Shown here: positions 50,486-60,239 of the stretch, in pieces | How the letters are laid out: each line of letters begins with the position of its first letter | Numbering within the stretch: position 1 is the stretch's first letter | From: Chamberlinius hualienensis | Taxonomy: Eukaryota | Assembly: GCA_054772095.1 (NCBI GenBank) | Contig: BAAGAE010000030.1 | Span: 215,335 to 279,334 of the forward strand | Length of the DNA stretch: 64,000 bases | Direction of reading: 5' to 3' | The notes under the pieces: model-generated | Seen by the model: the letters and a program-made list of their open reading frames with translations, nothing else | Told to the model about the DNA's origin: nothing | The model's database searches: none | Made by a program: the position numbers and the translations under genes

Positions 50486-50614
50486 ATCGAAACGAATGCG
50501 CTGACGATCCAAATCGTTGTGGTGAAAACGCTATATGTGTTAATACTCTTGGAAGTTTCAAATGCCAATGCAAAGCAGGTTATCAAGGCTTTCCACCAAA
50601 CGTACCCTGCCGAG
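50486..50614 (+). CDS. dpy: Dumpy-like exon 12: Ca-binding EGF
   Basis: [43 protein letters not shown]. Confidence 0.8.
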
Positions 50615-50686
50615 GTAACACTATTGATCAGTGCTATACCTAGCATAAATTTATTTATAGTAAAAATCTTTTTTTTATAAACATAG

Positions 50687-50812
50687 ATATTAACGAATGT
50701 ATGCTGACACCTTTCCCATGTGGAAAGAATTCAAAATGTATGAATTTGGAAGGCAATTATGAATGTTTATGTCCAACTCAACTCATTGGAGATCCTAAGA
50801 TTGCGTGTCATC
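50687..50812 (+). CDS. dpy: Dumpy-like exon 13: Ca-binding EGF
   Basis: DINECMLTPFPCGKNSKCMNLEGNYECLCPTQLIGDPKIACH. Confidence 0.8.
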
Positions 50813-50872
50813 GTAAGGAATGATTGAAATATAATTAAATTCATTTTTATTAAAAAAAAGTTATTTATGAAG

Positions 50873-50995
50873 ATGTTTGCGACGGTGTAAGTTGTGGTCC
50901 TCATTCAACCTGCAAACCTGATGGTCAAAGTGCTCTTTGCATTTGTGATGCTGGCTACTCGTTTGTTCCTCATAACGTCTCAGCTATGTGTAAAG
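50873..50995 (+). CDS. dpy: Dumpy-like exon 14: EGF
   Basis: HVCDGVSCGPHSTCKPDGQSALCICDAGYSFVPHNVSAMCK. Confidence 0.75.
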
Positions 50996-51056
50996 GTAAA
51001 AGATATAACATTATTTAAATTTTCGATTAAATTAATATGAAGTGTTTATGGTGTAG

Positions 51057-51194
51057 ATATCGACGAGTGCGATGCAGGTATGTATGGAAAACATGGAATG
51101 TGTGGGGAAAATGCAATTTGTACAAATGCTCCTGGAAGTTTTGCTTGTCGATGTCCGCCAGGGTTTAGAGGCCATCCAAAAAGAGGTTGCACAG
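51057..51194 (+). CDS. dpy: Dumpy-like exon 15: Ca-binding EGF
   Basis: [46 protein letters not shown]. Confidence 0.8.
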
Positions 51195-51268
51195 GTATGT
51201 TTTACAAAAAGCATCCCGTTTTTAATGGCTAGTTCGCTTGATTGATTGATAATGTTTGGTTTTATAAG

Positions 51269-52402
51269 ATATTGACGAATGCTTGGAAATTGGCTGCGGT
51301 GAAGGTGCCATCTGTACAAACACTCTTGGTAGTTACATTTGCATATGTCCACCCGACACTGAAGGTGACCCACATGTTCGTTGCATCAGTCATGTGAGAT
51401 GTGATGTTCACAACAACAACAGCTGTCCTGGAAATGCCTTTTGTGATCACAACCAGATGTGTGTGTGTCCAGAACCCAATGTCGGCGAAGATTGCCGGCA
51501 TCCGTGTGATTCAGCAACATGTGGCTTCAATGCCCAATGCATTCTTATTAATGGCATGCCAAAATGCCTGTGCAATGAAGGATTTACTGGGCAACCAAAC
51601 GAAAGATCTGGTTGTCACGATATTGATGAGTGCGCAACGAGTGCGAGATGTGGTGCTGGAGCGGTTTGCCGCAATAGTGTTGGTTCTTATTGGTGTGAAT
51701 GTCCTGAAGGACACGATGGAGATCCTCGCACGCAGTGTGTACCAAGAGAGCCAGAAATTGATTGCAGGACAACACCTTGTGAGAGCGCAGAGCAGTGTGT
51801 TGAAGCTGACGGAATTTATGTTTGTGTTTGTCGATCCGGATATATGAGAGATAAAATTAACGGTGGGCCATGTAGGGACATGAACGAATGTGTTGAAGTG
51901 AAAGATAAACCCGTTTGTGGGTTAAATGCAAATTGTCGTAATGTACCTAGTAGCTACGAATGTCACTGCCCTACAGGATTTACTGGAAATCCTTACACTG
52001 CCTGTTGGGAATTGAACCGACGTTGCGATATTGATAGCGACTGTCCCAACAATCTTATGTGTCTACAAGGAACATCAAGAACTGACAAAATTTGTGGATG
52101 TTCTTTTCATATGGCTCAACAAGCCGATTTGTGTATCGCCGTCGGCTTTAATTGTTCAGCCACTAGTCCGTGTCCAAAAGGACAAGATTGCATGACTCTT
52201 AATGGATTAGTTGGCAGTTGTGTTTGCCCTAAAGGCTATGTTCAAAATAACGATGGTCAGTGTAGAGATATCAATGAGTGCACTGAAATGACCAATGTTG
52301 GTTGCAAGGAGAACACGGAATGCGTTAATTTACCGGGTGGATTTCAGTGTCTTTGTCTCGCAGGTTACACGGGTGACCCTGATCAAGGATGCAAACCGAT
52401 TG
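51269..52402 (+). CDS. dpy: Dumpy-like exon 16: 1,134-nt exon encoding about nine consecutive EGF/cbEGF modules
   Basis: Continuous ORF (track ORF 51283-52410). DIDECLEIGCGEGAICTNTLGSYICIC...HDIDECATSARCGAGAVC...RDMNECVEVKDKPVCGLNANC...RDINECTEMTNVGCKENTECVNLPGGFQCLCLAGYTGDPDQGCKPIG. Acceptor tttataag and donor gtaagt. Confidence 0.85.
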
Positions 52403-52478
52403 GTAAGTAACATTTTGGTGGACTTATCGCGTTTTGCATGATAACTGTTTATGTTATTAATTTAATTATTCCATTTAG

Positions 52479-52586
52479 TATTGGCTTGCAAAAGTAAAAA
52501 CGATTGTCCTGTAAATGAATTATGCACTCATACCGGAGAGTGCAAATGCCTTCCACCTTATGTCCAAGATGGAAATGTCTGCAGAA
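52479..52586 (+). CDS. dpy: Dumpy-like exon 17: DPY-type module
   Basis: VLACKSKNDCPVNELCTHTGECKCLPPYVQDGNVCR. Confidence 0.75.
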
Positions 52587-52649
52587 GTAATCATTACACA
52601 CTTAACAATTTAATATTTTGATGATAAATTATAATGACTATGAATATAG

Positions 52650-52763
52650 GTCCCTGTGATTTTGTACCTTGCGGTTTCCGTTCGAGATGTAGTATTACTC
52701 CAATAGGAGGTCGATGCCAGTGCGACTCTGGGTTTGCTGGCGATCCAGCTGTTGGATGTGAAG
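52650..52763 (+). CDS. dpy: Dumpy-like exon 18: EGF
   Basis: SPCDFVPCGFRSRCSITPIGGRCQCDSGFAGDPAVGCE. Confidence 0.75.
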
Positions 52764-52826
52764 GTGAATTTAAAGATGCGCTTGGTTATATCGCATAAAT
52801 CCTTTAACATGTTCGATTTGATGTAG

Positions 52827-52973
52827 ACGTTGACGAGTGCGAACACAATCCTTGTGCTCCTGGGCTACATTGTATGAATTCTATTGGCAGCTACGTCTGT
52901 ACTACTATCATGGAATGCATGACAAATGATGATTGTCCCAATGATAAGATGTGCGACCTGCACAGCTGTGTTG
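52827..52973 (+). CDS. dpy: Dumpy-like exon 19: cbEGF plus DPY
   Basis: DVDECEHNPCAPGLHCMNSIGSYVCTTIMECMTNDDCPNDKMCDLHSCV. Confidence 0.75.
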
Positions 52974-53039
52974 GTAAATATTTAAAGTTTAACAAGTTTG
53001 TAATAACCGTTTATTTGAACACTATAATATATTAAATAG

Positions 53040-53153
53040 ATGTATGCAAAAAGGATTGCGGTCCAAATTCGGTTTGTATGGCTGAAAATCACGTGGCTCA
53101 TTGTGCTTGTGTAACTGGGTTCAAAAAGACTAGTGACGACCGCTGTGTTTCAA
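53040..53153 (+). CDS. dpy: Dumpy-like exon 20: EGF
   Basis: DVCKKDCGPNSVCMAENHVAHCACVTGFKKTSDDRCVS. Confidence 0.75.
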
Positions 53154-53219
53154 GTACGACTGCTAGTTTTTGGTACTTTATTGAATGAATTCTATAGTTA
53201 CATTTTTTTAAATATACAG

Positions 53220-53342
53220 TGTGTGAAAACTATGTCTGTGGTATTAATGCTCAGTGTGTTGTAACCAAAAATGGAAATGTCACCTGCCGTTGCCCAGATG
53301 GTTACACTGGTCTTCCACATGCTGGTGGACGTTGCATTAAAG
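53220..53342 (+). CDS. dpy: Dumpy-like exon 21: EGF
   Basis: MCENYVCGINAQCVVTKNGNVTCRCPDGYTGLPHAGGRCIK. Confidence 0.75.
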
Positions 53343-53406
53343 GTATAATTGAAATATTTGATACGTGAAAACAGCATCGATGACCGTGATTTGCTTTCGA
53401 TACTAG

Positions 53407-53580
53407 AAACATGTACGCAAGATAAAGATTGCGATGGACAGCAAGTGTGCATTCAAGGCATTTGCAAAGAGCGATGTGAAGGAATCGTTTGTGGTGTAGG
53501 TGCACGCTGTGATCGTTCTCGAAACAAATGTGTTTGTTGGCCATTTTTTATTGGAAATCCCGATTTGCTTTGCGTACCAA
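53407..53580 (+). CDS. dpy: Dumpy-like exon 22: DPY plus EGF
   Basis: ETCTQDKDCDGQQVCIQGICKERCEGIVCGVGARCDRSRNKCVCWPFFIGNPDLLCVP. Confidence 0.75.
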
Positions 53581-53645
53581 GTATGCCATTAATGCTTTTG
53601 AACTGATGTTGATATTTGAAAATTTAAAAATGATATTTTTTAAAG

Positions 53646-53765
53646 TTATTGGGCCACCCATTTGCATTCCAATGTGCGGTGACGGAGCTCAGTGCGAATA
53701 TGGATTCCCTAACAAATGCGTTTGTCGACCAGGTTTAACTGGAAATCCCTACGAGAAATGCAGCC
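53646..53765 (+). CDS. dpy: Dumpy-like exon 23: EGF
   Basis: IGPPICIPMCGDGAQCEYGFPNKCVCRPGLTGNPYEKCS. Confidence 0.75.
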
Positions 53766-53824
53766 GTAAGATACTTTAAAAACACTTATGGACATTGTTG
53801 GCAATTATAACGTTTGTGTTCTAG

Positions 53825-53947
53825 CTGCTCCTAAAAGCTGTGTTCAGATTCAGTGTGGTAGCAATGCTTATTGTGTTCAAGGAACAAATAGAGTGGATTG
53901 TGTGTGTCCTCCAGGCTTTGTTGGAAGTCCTTATCTTGGTTGCAATG
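53825..53947 (+). CDS. dpy: Dumpy-like exon 24: EGF
   Basis: PAPKSCVQIQCGSNAYCVQGTNRVDCVCPPGFVGSPYLGCN. Confidence 0.75.
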
Positions 53948-54008
53948 GTATTTTAGTCTATGAAGTTGCCGCTGAAGTTTGCATGATAATTTAATGCATT
54001 TGAAATAG

Positions 54009-54239
54009 ATTATGATGAATGTGCTCGTGGAACAATGTGTGGTGAGCACGCTCTCTGTCGTAACACCATCGGAAGTTTCACCTGCGAGTGCGAAAAACAT
54101 CACTATGGTAACCCGTACCATCGTTGTGAGAAAATTCCAACGTTGTCACAAGAGTGTCCAGACCATAACTGTCACTGTAACAATGACAGAGAATGTGGAT
54201 CCCCAAACCTTATATGTGAAAATTACAAGTGCATACAAG
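54009..54239 (+). CDS. dpy: Dumpy-like exon 25: cbEGF plus DPY
   Basis: DYDECARGTMCGEHALCRNTIGSFTCECEKHHYGNPYHRCEKIPTLSQECPDHNCHCNNDRECGSPNLICENYKCIQ. Confidence 0.75.
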
Positions 54240-54293
54240 GTACATCTTTTATTTATTGTTTATTATGTACGATATTTCAATTGATTATTATAG

Positions 54294-54503
54294 ATCCTTG
54301 CGCTGCAAAAGCGTGCGGACCAAACGCCTTCTGTGTCGTAGAGCATGCTCAAGCCCAGTGCAAATGTTTACCGACTTTTCCGATGGGCAATCCTAATGAT
54401 TTGATTGGCGGATGTAAAGGCGATCAGTGTGTCAACGACTTAACAATTTGCAAAGACAATGAAATATGTATAACTGGACCACAAGGATTTAGATTGTGTA
54501 CAG
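54294..54503 (+). CDS. dpy: Dumpy-like exon 26: EGF plus DPY, ending at a putative GC donor
   Basis: DPCAAKACGPNAFCVVEHAQAQCKCLPTFPMGNPNDLIGGCKGDQCVNDLTICKDNEICITGPQGFRLCT. Only a GC donor (aca g|gcatgt) keeps phase with the next exon (G|DVC...). Confidence 0.6.
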
Positions 54504-54599
54504 GCATGTATAGTTGATACGCAGCTAATTCTACTCTATAAATATATTATTTGATGTATACCAGTGCTGATATGAAATAAATATTAATATGAAAAATAG

Positions 54600-54725
54600 A
54601 TGTTTGCAAAGTTACCCAATGCGGACCGAATGCATACTGCCAAGGTAGTAATCACAGGGCTGAGTGCGTTTGCGGTTCTGGCTTTCCACACGGAAGTCCA
54701 TATGATCTTAAAACTGGATGTATTG
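54600..54725 (+). CDS. dpy: Dumpy-like exon 27: EGF
   Basis: DVCKVTQCGPNAYCQGSNHRAECVCGSGFPHGSPYDLKTGCI. Confidence 0.75.
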
Positions 54726-54794
54726 GTAAATATCGATTTCATTTGTGCTATATGTAGGGTTAGTACTATTAACTTAATATTTAATTAATTTTAG

Positions 54795-54884
54795 CGATTT
54801 TGGAAGTGCCTTGCACTTCTGATAGAAATTGTAAACATGGTGATATGTGTCGAGTAGGTCCAAGTGGCACGCTGATGTGCAAAA
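54795..54884 (+). CDS. dpy: Dumpy-like exon 28: DPY
   Basis: AILEVPCTSDRNCKHGDMCRVGPSGTLMCK. Confidence 0.7.
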
Positions 54885-54955
54885 GTGAGTTGTGCTTTAA
54901 TTTCTAATTGCGGTGTGAGGATTTTATAATTGTGGTTATCGCTTTGGCCATTTAG

Positions 54956-55078
54956 GTGTTTGTGAAGATATAATCTGCGGCGCTGGTTCTTCATGTGAAG
55001 CTGAGAATGGCCGACCTGTTTGTAGATGTAGAGAAAATTATGTGCCATTTCAAAATGATCCAGGGCGAGGATGCATCC
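54956..55078 (+). CDS. dpy: Dumpy-like exon 29: EGF
   Basis: SVCEDIICGAGSSCEAENGRPVCRCRENYVPFQNDPGRGCI. Confidence 0.75.
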
Positions 55079-55134
55079 GTAATTATGATTTCAAAACTTT
55101 AACCTCCCTTTTTTTAATCTGTTACTCTTTGTAG

Positions 55135-55224
55135 CTGATAATTCGCCATGTCAAAAAGACGCGGACTGTCCAATGTTGGAGGACAATTGTAAAGTAACAA
55201 TGTTAGGAACAAAGACTTGTGCAC
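55135..55224 (+). CDS. dpy: Dumpy-like exon 30: DPY
   Basis: PDNSPCQKDADCPMLEDNCKVTMLGTKTCA. Confidence 0.7.
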
Positions 55225-55468
55225 GTAAGCACAAAATTTAGTTAACCATAATGTGATAATGTGTGGCGCGCATAATACATTTTAACCAAATGAAGTCATT
55301 AATTCTCAAGGCAAACTTCTCAACTAATTAACTAACTTTTGTAATTGCACTTTATATGCTTTTCATCATTATACTTGGTTATAAATTCTTTGCGATTTGT
55401 AGAGTTAAACATACTTTCGTATGTTGTCTAAATACAAAAGCAACAGAAAAAAATTTTTTTGATTGTAG

Positions 55469-55591
55469 ATGCATGTTTGGAATTTAACTGTCAACCTAAA
55501 AATGCCCAGTGTGTAGTTATTCATCGTCGCGGACAATGCCAATGTTTGTCTGGTTACACCGGCGATCCAAATAGCAGAGATGGATGCACTC
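55469..55591 (+). CDS. dpy: Dumpy-like exon 31: EGF
   Basis: HACLEFNCQPKNAQCVVIHRRGQCQCLSGYTGDPNSRDGCT. Confidence 0.75.
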
Positions 55592-55653
55592 GTAAGTAAT
55601 CGTTAAGCAACTATCCAAAAGCATGGTATTAATTACGCGAATTTTTTGAGCAG

Positions 55654-55740
55654 GAATAAGATTGGATTTTTGTCAAAGCGATACTCGGTGTGCTGATGAT
55701 AAAGTTTGTGTTCAACAACAAGAACTATTCAGATGTGTTG
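55654..55740 (+). CDS. dpy: Dumpy-like exon 32: DPY
   Basis: RIRLDFCQSDTRCADDKVCVQQQELFRCV. Confidence 0.65.
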
Positions 55741-55800
55741 GTTAGTTAACAGTGTCCCTTCATTTTTAAAAATGGATAATTAATAATAGCATGCAATTAG

Positions 55801-55929
55801 ATGTGTGCACTTTGCGCCGTTGTGGACCTGGAGCAATTTGTGTGTCTGCCAATCACGCTGCTACTTGCGCTTGTCCTCCAGGCTTATATCTAGGAGACCC
55901 TAATGATCTTAAAGCCGGTTGTCGTGCGG
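55801..55929 (+). CDS. dpy: Dumpy-like exon 33: EGF
   Basis: DVCTLRRCGPGAICVSANHAATCACPPGLYLGDPNDLKAGCRA. Confidence 0.75.
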
Positions 55930-55990
55930 GTAAAAACTAATATGAGTGGAAAACCTCCAGACGATTAGTATAACTTTTTTTTTTTTTTAG

Positions 55991-56053
55991 TGGAATGTAT
56001 CGCTCACACTGATTGCCAAGGCAATTTGGCATGCATCCAAAATTATTGTAAAG
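55991..56053 (+). CDS. dpy: Dumpy-like exon 34: DPY
   Basis: VECIAHTDCQGNLACIQNYCK. Confidence 0.7.
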
Positions 56054-56118
56054 GTAAAGGTTAAACATTAATTTACCTTGAGGAGCATTTAAAATAATTT
56101 TTTATTCGAAATGATTAG

Positions 56119-56346
56119 ATCCATGTGATGGTGGATGTGGTAAAAATACCGTATGTTTAACACAAAATCGTCAAGCGGTTTGTCGGTGCAAACCCGGTTT
56201 TACTGGAGACCCTAGAGTGCAATGCTTGGAAACGAACTTTTGTTTGCAATCCGTTTGTCATCGCAGCGCACAGTGTCAGCAGACACCAGGAAGTTATATC
56301 TGCACTTGTCCTCCGGGACTTATTGGAGACCCATATACGATCGGAT
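56119..56346 (+). CDS. dpy: Dumpy-like exon 35: two EGFs
   Basis: DPCDGGCGKNTVCLTQNRQAVCRCKPGFTGDPRVQCLETNFCLQSVCHRSAQCQQTPGSYICTCPPGLIGDPYTIG. Donor gtaata. Confidence 0.7.
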
Positions 56347-56406
56347 GTAATATAATAGCTACATTTCTAATTGGTGTAATAATTAAACAATATTTATTCA
56401 AAACAG

Positions 56407-56499
56407 GCAATCTACCTGGTGAATGTCGTACTGGAGATTCTGACTGTCCTGATACTGAGCGATGCATTCAAGTGGACAGGGGAGTACCTCACTGTGGAG
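56407..56499 (+). CDS. dpy: Dumpy-like exon 36: DPY (CRTGDSDCPDTERC)
   Basis: CNLPGECRTGDSDCPDTERCIQVDRGVPHCG. Confidence 0.7.
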
Positions 56500-56524
56500 G
56501 TAATGAAGAAATTAAATACTTTCG

Positions 56525-56546
56525 TTATTATTATTATTATTATTAA
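56525..56546. repeat. (TTA)n microsatellite in a dumpy-like intron
   Basis: ttattattattattattatta, read directly. Confidence 0.8.
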
Positions 56547-56571
56547 CAGTCAACATTTGTATATTTCGAAG

Positions 56572-56760
56572 ATCCGTGCATTTCTTATTGTGGTTCTAAC
56601 ACTGTATGCGCTGTTAAAAACCATCAACCAGTTTGTAGCTGTCGAGATGGTTTTCTTCCAAACCCAACAGCGCTTGTTGGCTGTATTAGAGGCTACTCTT
56701 TGTGCGTTACTGATGCTCAATGTGGAGCAGGCCAAGTTTGTCTAAACTCCTACTGCCGAC
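56572..56760 (+). CDS. dpy: Dumpy-like exon 37: EGF plus DPY
   Basis: DPCISYCGSNTVCAVKNHQPVCSCRDGFLPNPTALVGCIRGYSLCVTDAQCGAGQVCLNSYCR. Confidence 0.7.
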
Positions 56761-56826
56761 GTATGTTGATGGCATTAATGATTAATGGCCGATTGTAAAC
56801 ATTTCTAACTCGTATTTCACTTACAG

Positions 56827-56889
56827 CTGTTTGTAGCGGTGAGAGAGATTGTGCTCTTGGAGAAAAATGTATTGGCAATAGATGCGCAA
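56827..56889 (+). CDS. dpy: Dumpy-like exon 38: DPY
   Basis: PVCSGERDCALGEKCIGNRCA. Confidence 0.7.
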
Positions 56890-56954
56890 GTAAGTTATCT
56901 AATGCATAGATTATGTTTTAAAGGCATAGAATCACTTAATCACTATTTTTGCAG

Positions 56955-57080
56955 TTGCGTGCGTAACTCATGCTTCGTGTCCAGAAGGATCTGCTTGTTT
57001 GCAGGGTGCATGTGTTCCAGGTTGCCACGCAGACAGTGATTGTGAATCTTCTCAAACTTGCAGTGATGCTAAGTGCATTG
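56955..57080 (+). CDS. dpy: Dumpy-like exon 39: two DPY modules
   Basis: IACVTHASCPEGSACLQGACVPGCHADSDCESSQTCSDAKCI. Confidence 0.7.
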
Positions 57081-57140
57081 GTAAATGATTAAATTGAAAG
57101 ATACACTTTAAGGTATTCTAACGTATAATTTTTATTGCAG

Positions 57141-57263
57141 AAATTTGTGCCAACGCATTATTATGTCCAAGTCATAGTGTATGCCGTGTGATTGCCCCAC
57201 ATAAATACTCTTGTGAATCGTGTTCGCAAGTGCCCGTTCCATCTGGCTGTCAAGTTATAACTA
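57141..57263 (+). CDS. dpy: Dumpy-like exon 40: Cys-rich module
   Basis: EICANALLCPSHSVCRVIAPHKYSCESCSQVPVPSGCQVIT. The weak donor gtatta was chosen to preserve phase. Confidence 0.5.
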
Positions 57264-57321
57264 GTATTAAGATAACTACAACAATGATGTTCCATATTTT
57301 AATTAAATTGTGTTGTTATAG

Positions 57322-57390
57322 TTTCTATTACCTGTAATGCAAGCTCTCCTTGTTCACCTGGATATGAGTGTCAAAATGGAAGATGTCGAC
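57322..57390 (+). CDS. dpy: Dumpy-like exon 41: DPY
   Basis: ISITCNASSPCSPGYECQNGRCR. Confidence 0.65.
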
Positions 57391-57460
57391 GTAAGAATTT
57401 GATTTACATCTGCTAATTAGAGCCTGCTGCAATTTAAAAACAAATGTATGTTTATTATAG

Positions 57461-57523
57461 AAAACTGTAGAACCACGTCGAATTGCCATAAAGGTGAATC
57501 TTGCGTTAGAGGCTTGTGTGTCG
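57461..57523 (+). CDS. dpy: Dumpy-like exon 42: DPY
   Basis: QNCRTTSNCHKGESCVRGLCV. Confidence 0.7.
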
Positions 57524-57600
57524 GTAAGTTGAAGTTCTTGAAATTTATTTGTAATATCATTTGGTCATTCATGGGCTATAATATTGATAATGATTTACAG

Positions 57601-57663
57601 GTGTTTGTAGTACTGACCGTGGTTGTCAGCCTGGAGAAATTTGTCATAACCAAAGATGCCAAG
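57601..57663 (+). CDS. dpy: Dumpy-like exon 43: DPY
   Basis: GVCSTDRGCQPGEICHNQRCQ. Confidence 0.7.
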
Positions 57664-57723
57664 GTAGATAGCAAGCACAGAAAAGTGGTATTTGTAACTG
57701 TAACGTAATCAATTTTATTTCAG

Positions 57724-57825
57724 AGGGTTGTCGAAGCCAAAGTGATTGTCGCGTTAACGAAGAATGCGGCGATGGCCGTTGTCAATGTAGAAAAGGTTTT
57801 GAACGAACTGTTGGAGGTTGCTTGG
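57724..57825 (+). CDS. dpy: Dumpy-like exon 44: DPY
   Basis: EGCRSQSDCRVNEECGDGRCQCRKGFERTVGGCL. Confidence 0.7.
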
Positions 57826-57896
57826 GTAAGTAAACATTTATCATCAGATTTGAAAATACAGTAGTTGCATTTGAAGGCAATTTGGACTATATCTAG

Positions 57897-58013
57897 ATGC
57901 GGATGAGTGTAAGCAGTCGCCTTGTCATCCAACTGCTATTTGTGTAAATGCACCAGGAAGTTTCCGATGCCAATGTTCAAATGGGGAAGATGGCGATCCA
58001 TTCAAAGGAGGAT
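57897..58013 (+). CDS. dpy: Dumpy-like exon 45: Ca-binding EGF
   Basis: DADECKQSPCHPTAICVNAPGSFRCQCSNGEDGDPFKGG. Confidence 0.75.
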
Positions 58014-58076
58014 GTGAGTTATTGTATATAACTGATGAAGTATTGGCAAGTTTCATGACCAAATGATTTATTTTAG

Positions 58077-58163
58077 GTCAAACCAATCGATGCTTTTCGG
58101 ATGCTCAGTGTCCGCCATCTGCTCAGTGTCTTCGAGATTCCAGTAAACATTTGGTTTGCATAG
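58077..58163 (+). CDS. dpy: Dumpy-like exon 46: DPY
   Basis: CQTNRCFSDAQCPPSAQCLRDSSKHLVCI. Confidence 0.7.
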   Translation, partial: VKPIDAFRMLSVRHLLSVFEIPVNIWFA

Positions 58164-58224
58164 GTATGTTTTGTTTATTTTATTGATTTTTGTGCAATTA
58201 ATATAATTGGAATTATAATTGTAG

Positions 58225-58350
58225 ATCCGTGCTTACGAGCAACTTGTGGTAAAAGTGCTCTCTGTGTTGTACGGGATCATAAACCTTACTGCGAATGTCC
58301 TCCTAACTTTGCTGGAAACCCCAGCGATCGTAACATCGGTTGTTATCCAG
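58225..58350 (+). CDS. dpy: Dumpy-like exon 47: EGF
   Basis: DPCLRATCGKSALCVVRDHKPYCECPPNFAGNPSDRNIGCYP. Confidence 0.75.
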
Positions 58351-58417
58351 GTAATATTGTGTTTGTGAACTTGAACGAAAAACTTGCATTATTAACAAAA
58401 ATTTAATTTATAATAAG

Positions 58418-58480
58418 TCGAGTGTCGTTTGAGTGGAGATTGTAAAACAAACCAAGAGTGTTATAATTTTCGTTGTGAAA
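58418..58480 (+). CDS. dpy: Dumpy-like exon 48: DPY
   Basis: VECRLSGDCKTNQECYNFRCE. Confidence 0.7.
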
Positions 58481-58545
58481 GTAAGTATATAGCTTATTTG
58501 GTATCTAATTGTGATAACCTGTATTAAGCCGTATAATGATCGCAG

Positions 58546-58665
58546 ATCCATGCGTGACAATGGGCGATGTCTGTGCACCTTATGGACTATGTGAGGTCGT
58601 CAATCACAAAGTGGCATGTAAATGCAATCAAGGGTTTGCGCTTAATCCGAAAGGATTTTGTGAAG
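58546..58665 (+). CDS. dpy: Dumpy-like exon 49: EGF
   Basis: NPCVTMGDVCAPYGLCEVVNHKVACKCNQGFALNPKGFCE. Confidence 0.7.
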
Positions 58666-58729
58666 GTATTGCCAATTACACTAGCCTCTTATACAATTGC
58701 TAAAAATACTTGTGTATGTTTATTTTCAG

Positions 58730-58852
58730 ATGTTGACGAATGTAAAACTGCCATCTGTGGCAAACAAGCTACCTGTATAAATGCTCCTGGAAGCTATTAC
58801 TGCCGTTGTCCAGCTAACTACCATGAAGAAACGATTAACGGACAAGTTAATT
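58730..58852 (+). CDS. dpy: Dumpy-like exon 50: Ca-binding EGF
   Basis: DVDECKTAICGKQATCINAPGSYYCRCPANYHEETINGQVN. Confidence 0.75.
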
Positions 58853-58914
58853 GTAAGTTAGAATAGTACATTAACATTTTTAAAGAAAAATAATTTTTTT
58901 GGTGATCAAAATAG

Positions 58915-59124
58915 GCATTGCTAACGGCGAGTGTCCTAACGGTAATAGCGATTGTCCAACAACAGCAGAATGCAAAGAAATGAATGGCGTTTCTAAGTGT
59001 GTGGGCGTATGTGATCGAGCAAATGTGTGTGGTAAAAAAGCGGAATGCCGCGCTGTAGATAGAAGAGCGGTGTGCTTTTGTCCAGTTCAGCATACCGGAG
59101 ATCCTCAATCTGAATGTTTTCCAA
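58915..59124 (+). CDS. dpy: Dumpy-like exon 51: DPY plus EGF
   Basis: CIANGECPNGNSDCPTTAECKEMNGVSKCVGVCDRANVCGKKAECRAVDRRAVCFCPVQHTGDPQSECFP. Confidence 0.75.
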
Positions 59125-59189
59125 GTAATAGTTTAAACATTTGAACCTACTTTTATTTTTTTTTGACAAATATACAAATATCACTTTAG

Positions 59190-59252
59190 TTGAGTGTTTA
59201 TCAAATGCACAGTGCCAAGACGGACAAGCTTGCATCAGTCAGAAGTGTTCAA
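59190..59252 (+). CDS. dpy: Dumpy-like exon 52: DPY
   Basis: IECLSNAQCQDGQACISQKCS. Confidence 0.7.
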
Positions 59253-59314
59253 GTTAGTTTTTTTTGTAATTAAAATGTAAAAAAAAAACCCACTTCATTA
59301 ATCATTGCATTTAG

Positions 59315-59431
59315 ATCCTTGTGATGTTGTAGGCGCTTGTGGAGGAAACGCTTTATGTAGCCCACAACGACATAAAGCCACTTGTAAATGTAAAGAAAAT
59401 TTTCAAGGCGATCCAAGAATATTTTGTCGAG
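59315..59431 (+). CDS. dpy: Dumpy-like exon 53: EGF
   Basis: NPCDVVGACGGNALCSPQRHKATCKCKENFQGDPRIFCR. Confidence 0.75.
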
Positions 59432-59496
59432 GTAACTATTGATTTCCTTGCTTATTTTCATTATAAGTATCGTTTCATCTATTTAATTTTTTATAG

Positions 59497-59565
59497 AGGT
59501 CATACGATGCTTTGAAGACTCGGTTTGCCCAGTTGGAGAAACATGTCAGAACAAAATATGTCGAT
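59497..59565 (+). CDS. dpy: Dumpy-like exon 54: DPY
   Basis: EVIRCFEDSVCPVGETCQNKICR. Confidence 0.7.
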
Positions 59566-59648
59566 GTAATTCTTTATTTTATTAATGATTATACAGTATA
59601 GTCTTTTTAATCTATATACACTAATGATTATGTTGATCTTTAATTTAG

Positions 59649-59711
59649 TGGGCTGCGATAGCGATCGTTTATGTGCGTCCAATGAAAAATGTCTTGTTGG
59701 CCGTTGTACTC
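59649..59711 (+). CDS. dpy: Dumpy-like exon 55: DPY
   Basis: LGCDSDRLCASNEKCLVGRCT. Confidence 0.7.
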
Positions 59712-59770
59712 GTAAGTTTAAAAAGCAGATTAAATAGTTTCTTAATGTTAATTTATATGTCTGTTTTCAG

Positions 59771-59848
59771 AAATATGTACAAATACAAATAACTGTCCAG
59801 AAGGTGAAACATGCGATAATAATGGAATGTGTGATAAAATAGACACGG
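59771..59848 (+). CDS. dpy: Dumpy-like exon 56: DPY
   Basis: QICTNTNNCPEGETCDNNGMCDKIDT. Confidence 0.65.
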
Positions 59849-59911
59849 GTATTTATAGTACTTACAGTGTCAATTGTGCACATTGTAACTTGCGTATATT
59901 TTTGTACTTAG

Positions 59912-59995
59912 AAATACGTTGTATTAATGACGATGATTGTGAATTTGATAAAAAATGCACCGAAGACAAATTGAGTAGAAATAGACATTGTAAAG
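59912..59995 (+). CDS. dpy: Dumpy-like exon 57: DPY
   Basis: EIRCINDDDCEFDKKCTEDKLSRNRHCK. Confidence 0.65.
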
Positions 59996-60051
59996 GTAAA
60001 TGTTAGCCGAAACTTTAAATTTCCATTTAATTTAACGAATATTATTATCAG

Positions 60052-60177
60052 ATCCATGCGAAGGTGTAATATGCGATGGAAGAAATGTACAATGTAAAGT
60101 ACTGAATAAAAATGCCATTTGCGCTTGCAGAGACGGTTATTTTGGAAACCCCGACAAAGTTACTGGATGTGAAAAAG
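60052..60177 (+). CDS. dpy: Dumpy-like exon 58: EGF
   Basis: DPCEGVICDGRNVQCKVLNKNAICACRDGYFGNPDKVTGCEK. Confidence 0.75.
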
Positions 60178-60239
60178 GTTAGACCATATAGTTTGTGCTT
60201 GTTAATAATTTTATTATATATTTTTCTTATTTAATGCAG

